Positions 1 through 13,737 of a DNA stretch of 64,000 nt are shown one piece after another. A model generated the notes under the pieces. The model saw only the letters and a program-made list of their open reading frames with translations. It was not told where the DNA came from and searched no databases. The DNA comes from Candidatus Rokuibacteriota bacterium (GTDB lineage Bacteria > Methylomirabilota > Methylomirabilia > Rokubacteriales > CSP1-6). Position numbers and translations under genes: made by a program. The stretch's first letter is position 1. Each line of letters begins with the position of its first letter. The stretch is from contig VGLJ01000006.1 in NCBI GenBank assembly GCA_016866775.1, positions 50,315 to 114,314 on the forward strand. The letters are read 5' to 3'.

Positions 1-134
1 GCAGCGCCGCCTCGATCCCGCTGAGCCCGTCCGCCGCCTCGACCAGCGTATAGCCGCGGGCGTCAGCACCGAACGCACGAGCATCCGGTTACCCGGGTTG
101 TCTTCGATGGAGAGGATCTTCGGCCGCGGCGCCG

Positions 135-138
<4 letters not shown>
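1..138 (-). CDS. Response regulator receiver domain, N-terminal part (runs off the window; 1-nt frameshift near 61)
   Basis: Manual translation MTAPRPKILSIEDNPGNRMLVRSVL.../RGYTLVEAADGLSGIEAAL is a typical REC N-terminus. The ATG overlaps the kinase stop (ATGA). Confidence 0.8.
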
Positions 139-2275
<2,137 letters not shown>

Positions 2276-2279
<4 letters not shown>

Positions 2280-2928
2280 GCGACCTCCGGCACCGTGTGG
2301 TAGATGGGGGCCCAGTCGTCGTCGGCTTTGTTCGCCGCGATCTCGTGCGCGAGGATCCCGAACACCAGCAGGTCGCGGTACTCACCATCGTGGAAGACGG
2401 CCTCGCGGAGGACGCCTTCGAGCTTCCAGCCGCGCCGCTTCATGGTGTTGACGTTCAGCTTGTTCCACGGATAGACCTTCGCTTCGAGCCGCCGCAGCTT
2501 CAGCACGTCGATCGCCCAGTACGCGATGAGCTTCGAGCCCTCGATGCCGTAGCCGAGCCGGAGCGCGCGGGGTCCGCGATGATCGTCTCGAGGAACGCGT
2601 AGCCCTCGCGCCGGTGGATGTTGAACAGGCGCACGAGCCCGAGGGGCCGATCGTTGTCGCGCGCGCAGATGACCATGTTGACCTGCGTGCGGTCGGCCGC
2701 GAGCGCGTCGAGGAACGACGGCGAGCGGCGGTAGACCTCGACGAACTGCGTGAACAGCTCACTGCCCACCATCTCGTCGAGCAGCGGATCCGCCGCCCAC
2801 GCCGAGACGTGTGGCAGGTCGCTGACGCGGAGGGCCCGCGCGTACACGCGCTTGCCCACCGCGAAGATGTCGTCACCGACCGGGTGCGGTCACCGTGCTG
2901 CTTGGAACCGTTCGAGCACTGTACTCAC
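2276..2928 (-). CDS. RimJ/RimL-type GNAT N-acetyltransferase (frameshift near 2570; start uncertain, 2928 or 2859)
   Basis: ORFs 2500..2859 and 2276..2506 join through ...LRLGYGIEGSKLIAYWAIDVLKLRRLEAKVYPWN...GWKLEGVLRE. An AGGAGG RBS lies before GTG 2928. Confidence 0.75.
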
Positions 2929-2958
2929 GCAAGCCTCCTGGGGCCCAGGCTCAATGCG

Positions 2959-3642
2959 TTATTGGACGAACCAGAGGTCGAAGCGAACGGCGGGGAAGCC
3001 GATCGCGTACTCGTTCGCATTCACCGCAACAGGGTTCAGCAGATCGAGCGTGCCGTTCGCGAGGCCGAGGTAACAGGCCGTGGTGGCCGAGCACCCGAAC
3101 GGCAGCCGGAAGACGCCGACGAAGCGCGGCGGATTCTCCTCGTCCTCACCCGGCGTGCGCACGCGGCCGGTGATCGTCCCATAGGGGATCTGATGGAAGA
3201 TCGCGGGCACGAAGTCCATCCGTCCGCTCGCCCGGCGCCTGCCGATCACGGCCTCGGGTGAATCGACGGCCCCCCCGGGCTCCTGGACGACGATCGTCAG
3301 CTTCGCGTCGAACGTCCCCAGGCCGGTCACGAGGCTGATGTCGTCCTCGCCCAGCGCGTTGAGCGTGCACGGTTTCGCGCTTCCGACCGCGGCGGTGACT
3401 TCGGCCGCGGGACAGAACGCGTTGCCGGGGTTCGCGAAGCCGATGAGCGCGGACTGCGCGACCCGGCGCGGCCGGCCCTTGCCGATCACGCGCATGTTCT
3501 CGGGGGTCTCGTAGAACGTGGCGTCCGGCGGCCCGTTCGGAAACGTCGGCAGCGGCGGAATGGTCTGGGCGAACACGGGAGCGGCGCTGGCGACAATGCC
3601 AAGTAGCGCCGCCGTCAATGCGAGCGTGCGAATCGGCGTCAT
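2959..3642 (-). CDS. Secreted hypothetical protein (227 aa, 4 Cys)
   Basis: Signal peptide MTPIRTLALTAALLGIVASAAPVFA, AGGAGG RBS, and ATGA overlap with the upstream gene. Confidence 0.8.
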   Translation of the reverse strand: MTPIRTLALTAALLGIVASAAPVFAQTIPPLPTFPNGPPDATFYETPENMRVIGKGRPRRVAQSALIGFANPGNAFCPAAEVTAAVGSAKPCTLNALGEDDISLVTGLGTFDAKLTIVVQEPGGAVDSPEAVIGRRRASGRMDFVPAIFHQIPYGTITGRVRTPGEDEENPPRFVGVFRLPFGCSATTACYLGLANGTLDLLNPVAVNANEYAIGFPAVRFDLWFVQ

Positions 3643-4424
3643 GAACCGTTCCTCCTGGAGTGGTTCGGAGAGCTGGCTTGCCGCGCCCACACGAGCCGGC
3701 TCACGCCGGCCAGGAAGACGGGGCGGGACTCGAGGATCTCGAAGCCGGCGGCGCCGACCTCGTGATGCAGCGTGGACACGTCGGGGTACCGCGACTCGTA
3801 GTGGCGGCACGCTTCGAAGACGGCCGTGGGAACGAGCCAGCGGAGCGCCGCGGTCGCCGCGCCGAGGCCTTCTTCGGCGCGTAGCGTCGCGAACGTGGCG
3901 CAGAGCGCTGCGGGGCGCGTGTAGCTGAGAATCACCGCGTGACCGCCCGGTCGCAGCAGGCGGCGGCACTCGGCGAGGAGCGCGACTGGCCGCGGGTGCC
4001 AGTTGAGCGTGTGCAGGCTGACGCACGCGTCGAAGTTGCCGTCGGGGAAGCTCGTGCCTTCCGCGACATCCGCGTGCGCGAACTGCGCGCCGTCGGTCGG
4101 CTCGCGGCGCGCGCGATCGACGAGATGCGAGATCACGTCGAGGCCGGTCACGAGATGCCCCGCCTGCGCAAGGCGACGCACGACGGTGCCGGTGCCGCAC
4201 GCGACGTCGAGCACGCGCATCGGCCGGCCCTGGCCGGCGCGCGCGAGGAGGTCGACGATGTCGTCGAGCAGCGCCTCGTAGGGCGCGAAGCCGCGCACGA
4301 CCGCGTCGTACGTCGCGCCGCAGGCGAGCGCGATCGCGCGCTCGAGCCCCCGCTCGATCGGGCCGCGCGCGGTGCTCCCGTTCCAGGCCAAGACCGCGCT
4401 CGTGCCGACGTCGCCGCGGCTCAT
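3639..4424 (-). CDS. Class I SAM-dependent methyltransferase
   Basis: Motif I VLDVACGTG, then FDACVS and LLRPGG. Confidence 0.88.
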   Translation of the reverse strand: MSRGDVGTSAVLAWNGSTARGPIERGLERAIALACGATYDAVVRGFAPYEALLDDIVDLLARAGQGRPMRVLDVACGTGTVVRRLAQAGHLVTGLDVISHLVDRARREPTDGAQFAHADVAEGTSFPDGNFDACVSLHTLNWHPRPVALLAECRRLLRPGGHAVILSYTRPAALCATFATLRAEEGLGAATAALRWLVPTAVFEACRHYESRYPDVSTLHHEVGAAGFEILESRPVFLAGVSRLVWARQASSPNHSRRNGS

Positions 4425-4995
4425 TTGCGGGCCCACACGAGCGCGCTGCCGCCGTCGAGGAACGTGCGGCGGATGTCGAGGACCGTGAATCCCGCCTCGG
4501 CGAAGCGCGCGGCGAGCTGCGCTTCGTCCCAGTAGTGCGGACCCACGGGGCGGCGCGCGACCTCGAAGAGACGATTCGGGACGAGCCAGCGCAGCGTGCC
4601 GAGCGCGTAGAGCCATCCGCGCCGGTGGACGGCGGTCCGGAAGGTCCGGCGGAGCTCGAACCGAACGCATCCAGGTCGAGGCGGGAGAAGGAGACGTTCG
4701 TCAGGCCGCGCGAGCGGCGCGTCTCGCGCGCGACGTCGAGCAGCGGGGTATAGCGGTCGATCCCGATCGCCGAGAAGCCCGCGGCGCCGAGCATGGCGGT
4801 GAACGTGCCCGGCCCGCAGCCGATATCGAGGATTCGCATGGACCGCCGGGGCACGTTGCGGGGGACGGCGAGCTCGACCAGATCGAGCACCTCGTGCTCC
4901 AGCGCCCGGTAGGGCTTGAAGCGCTCGATGATGAGGTCGTGGACGGGGCCGTACGCGACGGCAAGGCAGCGGTCGAGGGCCGAGCGAACCACCAT
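4421..4995 (-). pseudogene. Class I SAM methyltransferase paralog with a frameshift and internal deletion near 4665
   Basis: The N-half has ILDIGCGPG. The C-half in another frame (RWLVPNRLFE...LVWARK) matches the neighbour's RWLVPTAVFE...LVWARQ, and about 45 aa are missing. Confidence 0.65.
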
Positions 4996-5010
4996 GGGCG
5001 GTCCTCGTCC

Positions 5011-5025
5011 GCAAGGAGAGTGCCA
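5011..5025 (-). promoter_or_regulatory. Sigma54 (-24/-12) promoter of the methyltransferase-kinase operon
   Basis: TGGCAC-TCTCC-TTGC is a perfect consensus match, 15 nt before ATG 4995. Confidence 0.8.
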
Positions 5026-5188
5026 CTTTTGAGAACGGCAAGATTTTCCCGGGGTTGCGGCAAGAAGTGCCTGGTTGGCGCCGCAGGGGTGGCCAGAAAT
5101 CGTCCACCGGCTCCCGGGAGCGGCTGAATACTTACCGGAGCCGCCGCCATAGAGAACCTCCCTGGCCGCTGCTAGAATCTCAAGGCCG

Positions 5189-5566
5189 ATGCCGATTTAC
5201 GAGTACGAATGCGGCGACTGCCGACGAAGGGTGAGTCTGCTCGTGATGCGCCCGTCCGTAGCACCCGCGCCCACCTGTCCCCGATGTGGCAGCACCTCGT
5301 TGAGCCGCCTGATGTCGCGCTTCGCCACGGTGAAGTCGGAGGAGGCGCGTCTCGACGCGCTCGCCGACTCGTCGAGCGTCGGCGATCTCGACGAGAACGA
5401 TCCGGGGAGCGTCGCGCGTTTCATGAAGAAGATGGGCCGCGAGTTCGGCGACGACCTGGGCGGAGATTTCGACGCCGCCGTCGACGAAGCGATGGCCGAG
5501 GCGGACGGCGACGAGAGCGAGGGCGCCGCGCCCGCGGCCGACGCCAGCGATCCCGGCGACCTGTGA
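5189..5566 (+). CDS. FmdB-family zinc-ribbon protein
   Basis: MPIYEYECGDC...CPRCGS with an acidic tail. Confidence 0.9.
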   Translation: MPIYEYECGDCRRRVSLLVMRPSVAPAPTCPRCGSTSLSRLMSRFATVKSEEARLDALADSSSVGDLDENDPGSVARFMKKMGREFGDDLGGDFDAAVDEAMAEADGDESEGAAPAADASDPGDL

Positions 5567-6561
5567 AGGTCGTCGTCCATCACCGCCTCGAGGCCGTGGG
5601 CCGCGCGGCCTGGGAAGACCTGCGCTCCAGCGCTCGGCTGCGCGCACCGTTCCTGTCGTGGGCGTGGCAGACGGAATGGTTGCACGCGTTCGCGAGCGAC
5701 CGTCGTCTCGACATCCGCACCGTGCAGGATGGCGACGGCGCGCTGATCGGCGTGCTGCCGCTCTACGAGGCCGGGCCGGGCCTCCATCGGATCGTCGGCG
5801 GCGCCGACGTCTCCGACTACCTCGACGTGCTCGCGGTGGCGGGGCGCGAGGAAGACGTGTGGACGGCCCTGGTGCAGGCGCGATCCGCGGAGGGCGAGAC
5901 GTGGCAGCTCCACGCGGTGCCCGCGGCCTCGCCGACCGTCAGCGCGCTCCCCGCCATCGCGGCCGCGTGCGGGCTGGAGGCCGCGGCGACGCTGGAAGAG
6001 CGCTGTCCCGTCCTCGATCTGCCCGCGACCTGGGACGACTACCTCGCCTCGCTACCCGCCAAGCACCGTCACGAGCTCCAGCGCAAGACCCGCCGCCTCC
6101 GCCGCGAAGCGGGCGACGCCCGCGTGTCGGTGGTGCGGCGTCGTGACGAGATCGAGACGCGCTTCGGCGACTTCTTCGACCTCCACCGGCGCTCGCGGGT
6201 CGGCAAGGAGCGCTTCATGGACGCGCGCATGGAGAAGTTCTTCCGCCGCGCCGTCGGTGAGCTGGCGCTCGTGGGCGGTGCCGCGCTGTGGTTCCTCGAT
6301 CTGCCGAGCGGGCCCGCGGCGGGATTCGTGGTGCTGGAGTGGGACGGCTCGGTCGGCCTCTACAACTCGGGGTTCCATCCCGATCGCGCGGCGCTCGCGC
6401 CCGGCCTCGTGCTGCTCCTGCACGTGATCGAGGATGCGATTGTTCGGGGCAAGCAGCAGTTCGACTTCCTGCGGGGCGAGGAGCGCTACAAGTACGAGTT
6501 CGGTCCCTCGCCGGAGGAAGTCTTCGGCGTGCGGATCGCGCCGCGGGACGGTCCTCCGTGA
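5563..6561 (+). CDS. GNAT acetyltransferase, CelD/BcsL-like
   Basis: PFLSWAWQTEW, SDYLDVL and FDFLRGEERYKY motifs. GTGA overlap. Confidence 0.85.
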   Translation: MKVVVHHRLEAVGRAAWEDLRSSARLRAPFLSWAWQTEWLHAFASDRRLDIRTVQDGDGALIGVLPLYEAGPGLHRIVGGADVSDYLDVLAVAGREEDVWTALVQARSAEGETWQLHAVPAASPTVSALPAIAAACGLEAAATLEERCPVLDLPATWDDYLASLPAKHRHELQRKTRRLRREAGDARVSVVRRRDEIETRFGDFFDLHRRSRVGKERFMDARMEKFFRRAVGELALVGGAALWFLDLPSGPAAGFVVLEWDGSVGLYNSGFHPDRAALAPGLVLLLHVIEDAIVRGKQQFDFLRGEERYKYEFGPSPEEVFGVRIAPRDGPP

Positions 6562-7817
6562 GCCTGCGCGTCGCGATGCTGAGCGTCCACACGTGCCCGC
6601 TGGCGGCGCTCGGCGGCAAGGAGACGGGCGGGATGAACGTCTACGTCCGCGAGCTCTCACGCGAGCTCGGGCGGATGGGTCTCGCCGTCGACGTCTTCAC
6701 GCGCTCGCAGGATCCGACGATCCCGCGCGTGGTCCCGCTCGGTGACGGCGCTCGGGTCGTGCATCTGCCCGCGGGGCCGCAGATGCCGATGGCCCGTGAG
6801 CGGATCCACGACCATCTCGACGAGTTCGTGGACGGCGTCGACGCCTGGCGCATCGCGGGCGGCATCGAGTACGACCTCGTCCACGCGCACTACTGGCTCT
6901 CCGGGGTCGTCGGGCTCGCGCTGCGCGAGCGATGGGGCGTTCCCGTCCTGCAGATGTTCCACACGCTCGGCCGCTTCAAGAACGGCGCCGCCCGCCGGAT
7001 CGCCGACCTCGAGCCGTCGGTGCGCCTCGAGGAGGAGCAGCGGATCGTCCGCAACGTCGACGGCATCGTCGCGGCGAGCGTCGTCGAGCGGCGCGCGCTC
7101 CTCGCGGAGTACGGCGCGGACGCGGCGCACACCACCGTCATTCCGTGCGGCGTCGACACCGAGCTTTTCCGCCCCGGCGACCGTGCGCTCGCGCGCGCGC
7201 GCGTGGGCGCGGAGGAGGCGCCGCTCGTGCTCTACGTCGGGCGCATCGCGCCGATCAAGGGGCTCGAGACGCTGCTCGATACGGTGGCGCAGCTCCGCGC
7301 GCGAGGCTCGTCGCTGCGGCTCCTCATCGTCGGCGGCGAAGCCGACGAGCCGGCGGACGGGCACGAGGCGGAGATCCGCCAGCGCGTCGACCGCCTCGGG
7401 CTGCGCGAGACCGTCCGGTTCGTCGGCGCGCAGCCGCAAGAGGCTCTGCGTGACTACTACGTCGCGGCCGACGTCACCGTGCTGCCGTCCTACTACGAGT
7501 CGTTCGGGATGGTGGCGCTGGAGGCGATGGCCTGCGGCAGCCCCGTGATCGGCTCGCGCGTCGGCGGCCTCGCCACGACCGTGCGCGACGGCGTGACCGG
7601 CTTTCTCGTGCCCGACGGCGACGCGGCCGCGCTCGCCGACCGCCTCGAGGCCGTCGCCGGCGACGCCGATCTACGATTCCGCCTCGGGCGTGAGGGGGTC
7701 CAGTGGGCGGCGCGCCATCGCTGGCCCTGCGTCGGCGAAGCGATCTGCCGCGAGTACGCCCGGCTCGAAGCCCGGGCCACGCCCCACCTCGCCGCCGCGC
7801 GCTGTCACGAGGCGTAA
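6558..7817 (+). CDS. GT4 glycosyltransferase, MshA-like
   Basis: [37 protein letters not shown] and [14 protein letters not shown]. Confidence 0.88.
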   Translation: MSLRVAMLSVHTCPLAALGGKETGGMNVYVRELSRELGRMGLAVDVFTRSQDPTIPRVVPLGDGARVVHLPAGPQMPMARERIHDHLDEFVDGVDAWRIAGGIEYDLVHAHYWLSGVVGLALRERWGVPVLQMFHTLGRFKNGAARRIADLEPSVRLEEEQRIVRNVDGIVAASVVERRALLAEYGADAAHTTVIPCGVDTELFRPGDRALARARVGAEEAPLVLYVGRIAPIKGLETLLDTVAQLRARGSSLRLLIVGGEADEPADGHEAEIRQRVDRLGLRETVRFVGAQPQEALRDYYVAADVTVLPSYYESFGMVALEAMACGSPVIGSRVGGLATTVRDGVTGFLVPDGDAAALADRLEAVAGDADLRFRLGREGVQWAARHRWPCVGEAICREYARLEARATPHLAAARCHEA

Positions 7818-7928
7818 GCGCCGGCGAAGCCGGCGCTCGAAGACGGCGCGTCCCGGCTAAGTCCGCGTCGCGGCGACCATTGGCCCTGGTTAGACCACCG
7901 ACCCCGGCGGTGATACACTCCCGCAACC

Positions 7929-8935
7929 ATGGCCGACGCGCTCCTCGACGTCCGTCATCTCAGCACGCGGTTCACGACGCGCGAAGGCGTCGTGCGCGCG
8001 GTGGACGACGTCTCGTGGGACGTGAAGGAAGGCGAGACGGTCGCGCTCGTCGGCGAGTCCGGCTGCGGCAAGAGCGTCAGCGCGCTGTCGATCATGCGGC
8101 TCGTCGCGCAGCCCGCGGGACAGATCGTCGGCGGGCAGGCGGTCTTCAAGGGCCGCGATCTCCTCACGCTGGACGAAGAGGCGATGCGGCGCGTGCGCGG
8201 CCGCGAGATCGCGATGATCTTCCAGGAGCCGATGACCTCGCTGAACCCCGTGCTCTCGATCGGCCGCCAGCTCACGGAGGGCCTCGAGATTCACCTCGGC
8301 AAGACGCCGCAGCAGGCCCGCGGGCGCGCGGCCGAGCTCTTGGGGATGGTCGGGATTCCCGATCCCGAGCGCCGCCTGCCGCAGTACCCGCACCAGTTCA
8401 GCGGTGGCATGCGGCAGCGCATGATGATCGCGATGGCGCTCTCCTGCGAGCCCTCGCTCATCCTCGCCGACGAGCCGACCACGGCGCTCGACGTGACGAT
8501 CCAGGCGCAGATCCTCGAGCTGATGAAGGACCTCTCGCGGCGTCTCGGCGTCGCGATGCTGATGATCACGCACAACCTCGGCGTCGTCGCGCGCTACGCC
8601 GACCGCGTCAACGTGATGTACGCGGGGCGCATCATCGAGCAAGGGACCGCGCGCGAGCTCTACGGCAACCCGCGCCATCCGTACACGCTCGGGCTCCTCC
8701 GCTCGGTCCCGCGCCTGGACGAGCCGCGGCGCAGCCGGCTCGCGCCGATCGACGGTCAGCCGCCGGATCTCACGCGCCTGCCCGCCGGCTGCGCGTTCCT
8801 TCCGCGCTGCGCGTTCCGCGTGGACCGCTGCAGCGTGGAGCGTCCGCCCCTGGTGCCGGTCGCGCACACCGGCCCCGAGCCCCACGTGAGCGCGTGCTGG
8901 GAAGCCGAGCGAGTGATCGCGCGCCAGGAGACGCG

Positions 8936-8939
<4 letters not shown>
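7929..8939 (+). CDS. oppD: Oligopeptide/dipeptide ABC ATPase
   Basis: [24 protein letters not shown] and a C-terminal Cys cluster. Confidence 0.92.
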
Positions 8940-9891
<952 letters not shown>

Positions 9892-9895
<4 letters not shown>

Positions 9896-10845
9896 CGAAA
9901 TACATCATCAAACGGCTGCTCCTGATGATCCCCACGCTGCTGGGCGTGGCGGTGCTCATCTTCTTCCTGATGCGGGTGGTGCCCGGCGACATCGTCGAGC
10001 TCAGGTTCTCGGGCGAGACGTCGGGCGTGTCCAAGGAGACGCTCGCGATCGAGCGCGCACGGCTCGGGCTCGACAAGCCGCTCTGGCACCAGTTCGTCAC
10101 GTACATGACCGGGCTCGCCCGCTTCGACCTCGGGACCTCGATGTGGACCGGCGCGCCCATCCACGAGGAGATCAAGCTGCGGTTCGCGCTCACCCTGCAG
10201 GTGGCGATCATGTCGACGATCATCGCGGTGCTCCTCGCGATCCCGCTCGGGGTGCTCGCCGCGCTCAAGCAGGACACGTGGGTGGACTACTCCGTCCGGA
10301 TCTTCTCGATCGCGGGGCTCGCGACCCCGTCGTTCTGGCTCGGCATCCTCTTCATCCTGGTGCTGCTCGTCTTCTTCAAGTGGCTGCCGCCGATGGTCTA
10401 CACGCCGTTCTGGGTCAACCCGTGGCAGAACATGCTGCAGCTCATCTGGCCGGCGCTCGCGGTCGGCTACCGCTACTCGGCGGTGGCGACCCGGATGACG
10501 CGCTCGGCGATGCTCGAGGTGCTGCGCGAGGACTACATCCGCACGGCGCGCGCGAAAGGCCTCTGGCAGAAGCTCATCCTCACGCGCCACGCGCTCAAGA
10601 ACGCGATGCTGCCGGTCCTCACGGTGATCGCGCTCGAGTTCGCGTTCCTGATGGGCGGGCTCGTGGTCACCGAGCAGGTCTTCAACCTGAACGGCCTCGG
10701 GCTCCTCTTCGTCGAGTCCGTCGCGCACCGCGACTACACGCTCACGCAGGCGCTCGTGCTCCTCGTGGCGGCGTCGTTCATCGTCGTCAACTTCCTGGTC
10801 GACCTCGCGTACGCGTGGATCGATCCACGGATCAGGTTCCGCTGA
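9892..10845 (+). CDS. oppB: Oligopeptide ABC permease
   Basis: [15 protein letters not shown] loop and DPRIR end. Confidence 0.92.
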
Positions 10846-11738
10846 TGGCCACCGTCGAGACCTTCGCCGACGTTCCGGAAGCGAGCGCGGCCGCCCGCTG
10901 GCGGACGTTCGTCGTGGACTTCTGCCGGCAGCGGCCGCTGGGCGCGATCGGCGCCGCCGTCGTGCTGCTCAACCTCGTCGTCGCCGCGCTCGCGAACGTC
11001 ATCTCGCCCTACGACCCGCTCGCGACCGACTACGGCGCGATGCTCGCGGCGCCGAGCCGCGCCCACTGGCTCGGGACCGACGCGTTCGGCCGCGACGTGC
11101 TGACCCGCATCCTCTACGGCTCGCGCACGGCGATGCTCGTCGGGTTCTCGTGCGCGTTCATCGGCGCCACGCTCGGCGCCGTCATCGGCGTCACCAGCGC
11201 GTACTTCGGGGGCAAGGTCGACCTGCTGATCCAGCGCGTGATGGACATCTTCCTCTCGTTCCCGCTCATCATCCTCGCCCTCGCGGTGGTGGCGATGCTC
11301 GGGACGGGGCTGGAGAACGTCATCGCCGCGATCACGGTGCCGATGATCCCGCGCGCCGCGCTCGTCGCCCGGTCGAGCGCGCTCGCGATCCGCGAGATGC
11401 CGTACGTCGACGCCGCGCGCGCGGCCGGCTTCCGGCACGGGCGCATCATCCTCCGGCACATGTCGCCGAACGTGATGGCGCCGTATCTGATCATGCTCAC
11501 GGCGTTCCTCGGCCAGGCGATCCTGCTCGAGGCGTCGCTGTCGTTCCTCGGTCTCGGCGTGTCGGAGCCGACGCCGGCGTGGGGGCTCATGCTGCGCGGC
11601 GCCGCCGTGCAGTTCGCGGAGTCGGCGCCCTGGATGGCGATCTTCCCCGGGCTGGCGATCAGCCTCGCGGTGTTCGCCTTCAACCTGTTCGGCGACTCGC
11701 TGCGGGACGCGCTGGACCCGCGATTGCGGACCCAGTGA
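10845..11738 (+). CDS. oppC: Oligopeptide ABC permease
   Basis: HWLGTDAFGRD, EASLSFLGLG and GDSLRDALDPR. Confidence 0.92.
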   Translation: MATVETFADVPEASAAARWRTFVVDFCRQRPLGAIGAAVVLLNLVVAALANVISPYDPLATDYGAMLAAPSRAHWLGTDAFGRDVLTRILYGSRTAMLVGFSCAFIGATLGAVIGVTSAYFGGKVDLLIQRVMDIFLSFPLIILALAVVAMLGTGLENVIAAITVPMIPRAALVARSSALAIREMPYVDAARAAGFRHGRIILRHMSPNVMAPYLIMLTAFLGQAILLEASLSFLGLGVSEPTPAWGLMLRGAAVQFAESAPWMAIFPGLAISLAVFAFNLFGDSLRDALDPRLRTQ

Positions 11739-11822
11739 TTGACACGCTTCGTCAGAACGCGGTAGAAATCCGTGGTTAGACCGGACGGTTAGCTCAAGGT
11801 TTTTTCGAGGCGGGAGGCCCTC

Positions 11823-12089
<267 letters not shown>

Positions 12090-12113
12090 GGGCGACGCCT
12101 CTCCGTCCGGACC

Positions 12114-12142
12114 GAGGGCCCCGCATGGGGCCCTCTTTTTTT
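12114..12142 (+). terminator. Rho-independent terminator
   Basis: GAGGGCCCC-GCAT-GGGGCCCTC followed by T7. Confidence 0.9.
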
Positions 12143-12234
12143 GTGCCCGGCGCTCGCGGCACAACGCCACGGTGTGAAGGCAGCGCATGCGCGTCGATCA
12201 CGCGCGAGCCGCGACATTCTGCGAATCTCGCGCG

Positions 12235-12249
12235 TGGCACACGCGTTGC
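12235..12249 (+). promoter_or_regulatory. Sigma54 promoter
   Basis: TGGCAC-ACGCG-TTGC is a perfect consensus match, 14 nt before ATG 12264. Confidence 0.8.
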
Positions 12250-12263
12250 CACACCCGCGCGCC

Positions 12264-12491
12264 ATGGCGATCTTTCCCGAACCGAACGCCGGGTTCGACG
12301 TGCCCTTCGGCTACCACTGTGCCGTGTCCGCGTTCAAGCGCCGTCTCATCGAATCCGCGCTGCGCGACGCGGCGGGCAATCGCACGCACGCCGCGCGCGT
12401 GCTCGGGCTGCAGCGGACGTACCTGCTGCGCTTGATCCGCGAGCTGCGCGTGGCCGCGCCGCCGCCACCGGAGCGCCGCCGCCGCGAGTGA
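12264..12491 (+). CDS. Stand-alone Fis-family HTH protein (75 aa)
   Basis: LIESALRDAAGNRTHAARVLGLQRTYL resembles the NtrC/Fis C-terminal HTH. Confidence 0.85.
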   Translation: MAIFPEPNAGFDVPFGYHCAVSAFKRRLIESALRDAAGNRTHAARVLGLQRTYLLRLIRELRVAAPPPPERRRRE

Positions 12492-12615
12492 GCGGCGGTT
12501 CGAGCGCCGACTTTGCCGGCGCACTCCGAGGGGGAGGCAGGGAGGCGCGTGCCGCAAGGCGCGCGACGACCGTCGGAAGGGGGACGGAGCCCCCCTCCGA
12601 GTAGAATTGCTCGCG

Positions 12616-13737
12616 ATGCCAGTCTTCATCGCGGGCGCGGGGATGACCCGCATCGGGCGGCGCAGCGAGGCGCTGCCCGACCTCATGGCCGAGGCGGCGC
12701 ACGCCGCGCTCGCGGCGGCCGCGGTCGACGTGCCCGACGCGATCGTCGTCGCCACGATGAACCCGGAAGAGTTTCTCGGCGACGGCAACTTCGCCTCGCG
12801 CGTGGCGACGCACATGGGCTTCGCGGAGGTGCCGACGCTGCGCGTCGAGACCGCGACGTCGTCGGGCGCCGCCGCCTTCTACACGGGCTTCGCGCAGGTC
12901 GCGGCCGGCCTGCGCCAGCGCGTGCTCGTCGTCGGCGGCGAGAAGATGACGCATCTCTCGACGCCGCGCGTGTCCGAGCTCATCGGCCGGTCCATCGATC
13001 CGTACGAGCGGTCGTACGGCGCGACGATGCCGGCGCTCGCGGGACTGATCACGCGGGCGCTCACGCAGCAGGGCGTCGGCCTGCGCGAGTTCTCCCAGGT
13101 GGCGGTGAAGAACCACGGGCACGCCGCGCGCAATCCCTACGCCCACTACACGGCGCTCGTGACACTCGCGCACGTGATGGAGTCGCGCATGGTTGCGGAC
13201 CCGCTGCGCCTCCTCCACTGTTGCCCGATCTCCGACGGCGCCGCGGCGGTCGTCCTGACGTCGGCGCCGACGCCCGTGCGCGTCGCGGGCGTCGGGCAGG
13301 GGACCGACACGCTCGCCGTGCGTCACCGGCACTCGCTCACGGCGTTCCGCGCCACGCAGGAAGCGGCGAAGGCCGCGTACGCGATGGCGGGCTTCGGCCC
13401 GGAGCGCGTCGACTTCGCGGAGCTGCACGACGCGTTCACGCCGTTCGAGCTCATCGCGCTGGAGGACACGGGCCTGATACCGCCGGGCAAGGCAGGCCGC
13501 GCGACGCTCGACGGCGACACCGCGCTCGACGGCCGGCTGCCGATCAATCCCTCCGGCGGTCTCAAGGCGCGCGGGCATCCGCTCGCCGCGACGGGCATCG
13601 CGCAGATCGTGGAGTGCGTGTGGCAGCTCACCGGCGGCGCGGCGGGCCGTCAGGTCCAGGGGCGCGTGGCGCTCGCGCACTCGATCGGCGGCCTCGCGAC
13701 CAACAACTGGGTGACCCTCCTGGAGCGCACGCGGTGA
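12616..13737 (+). CDS. SCP-x-type thiolase-fold protein lacking the nucleophile Cys
   Basis: CPISDGAAA, ELHDAF and NPSGGLKARGHP motifs. ETATSSG stands where ExACASG is usual. Confidence 0.88.
   Translation: MPVFIAGAGMTRIGRRSEALPDLMAEAAHAALAAAAVDVPDAIVVATMNPEEFLGDGNFASRVATHMGFAEVPTLRVETATSSGAAAFYTGFAQVAAGLRQRVLVVGGEKMTHLSTPRVSELIGRSIDPYERSYGATMPALAGLITRALTQQGVGLREFSQVAVKNHGHAARNPYAHYTALVTLAHVMESRMVADPLRLLHCCPISDGAAAVVLTSAPTPVRVAGVGQGTDTLAVRHRHSLTAFRATQEAAKAAYAMAGFGPERVDFAELHDAFTPFELIALEDTGLIPPGKAGRATLDGDTALDGRLPINPSGGLKARGHPLAATGIAQIVECVWQLTGGAAGRQVQGRVALAHSIGGLATNNWVTLLERTR

Noticed and set aside
2890-2892. In-frame TGA 13 codons after the RBS-preceded GTG of the GNAT gene, as a possible third Sec
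   Set aside because: It has no redox-motif context and no clear SECIS, and it lies in a variable N-terminus within an indel-rich stretch. Error or a later start (2859) is more likely.
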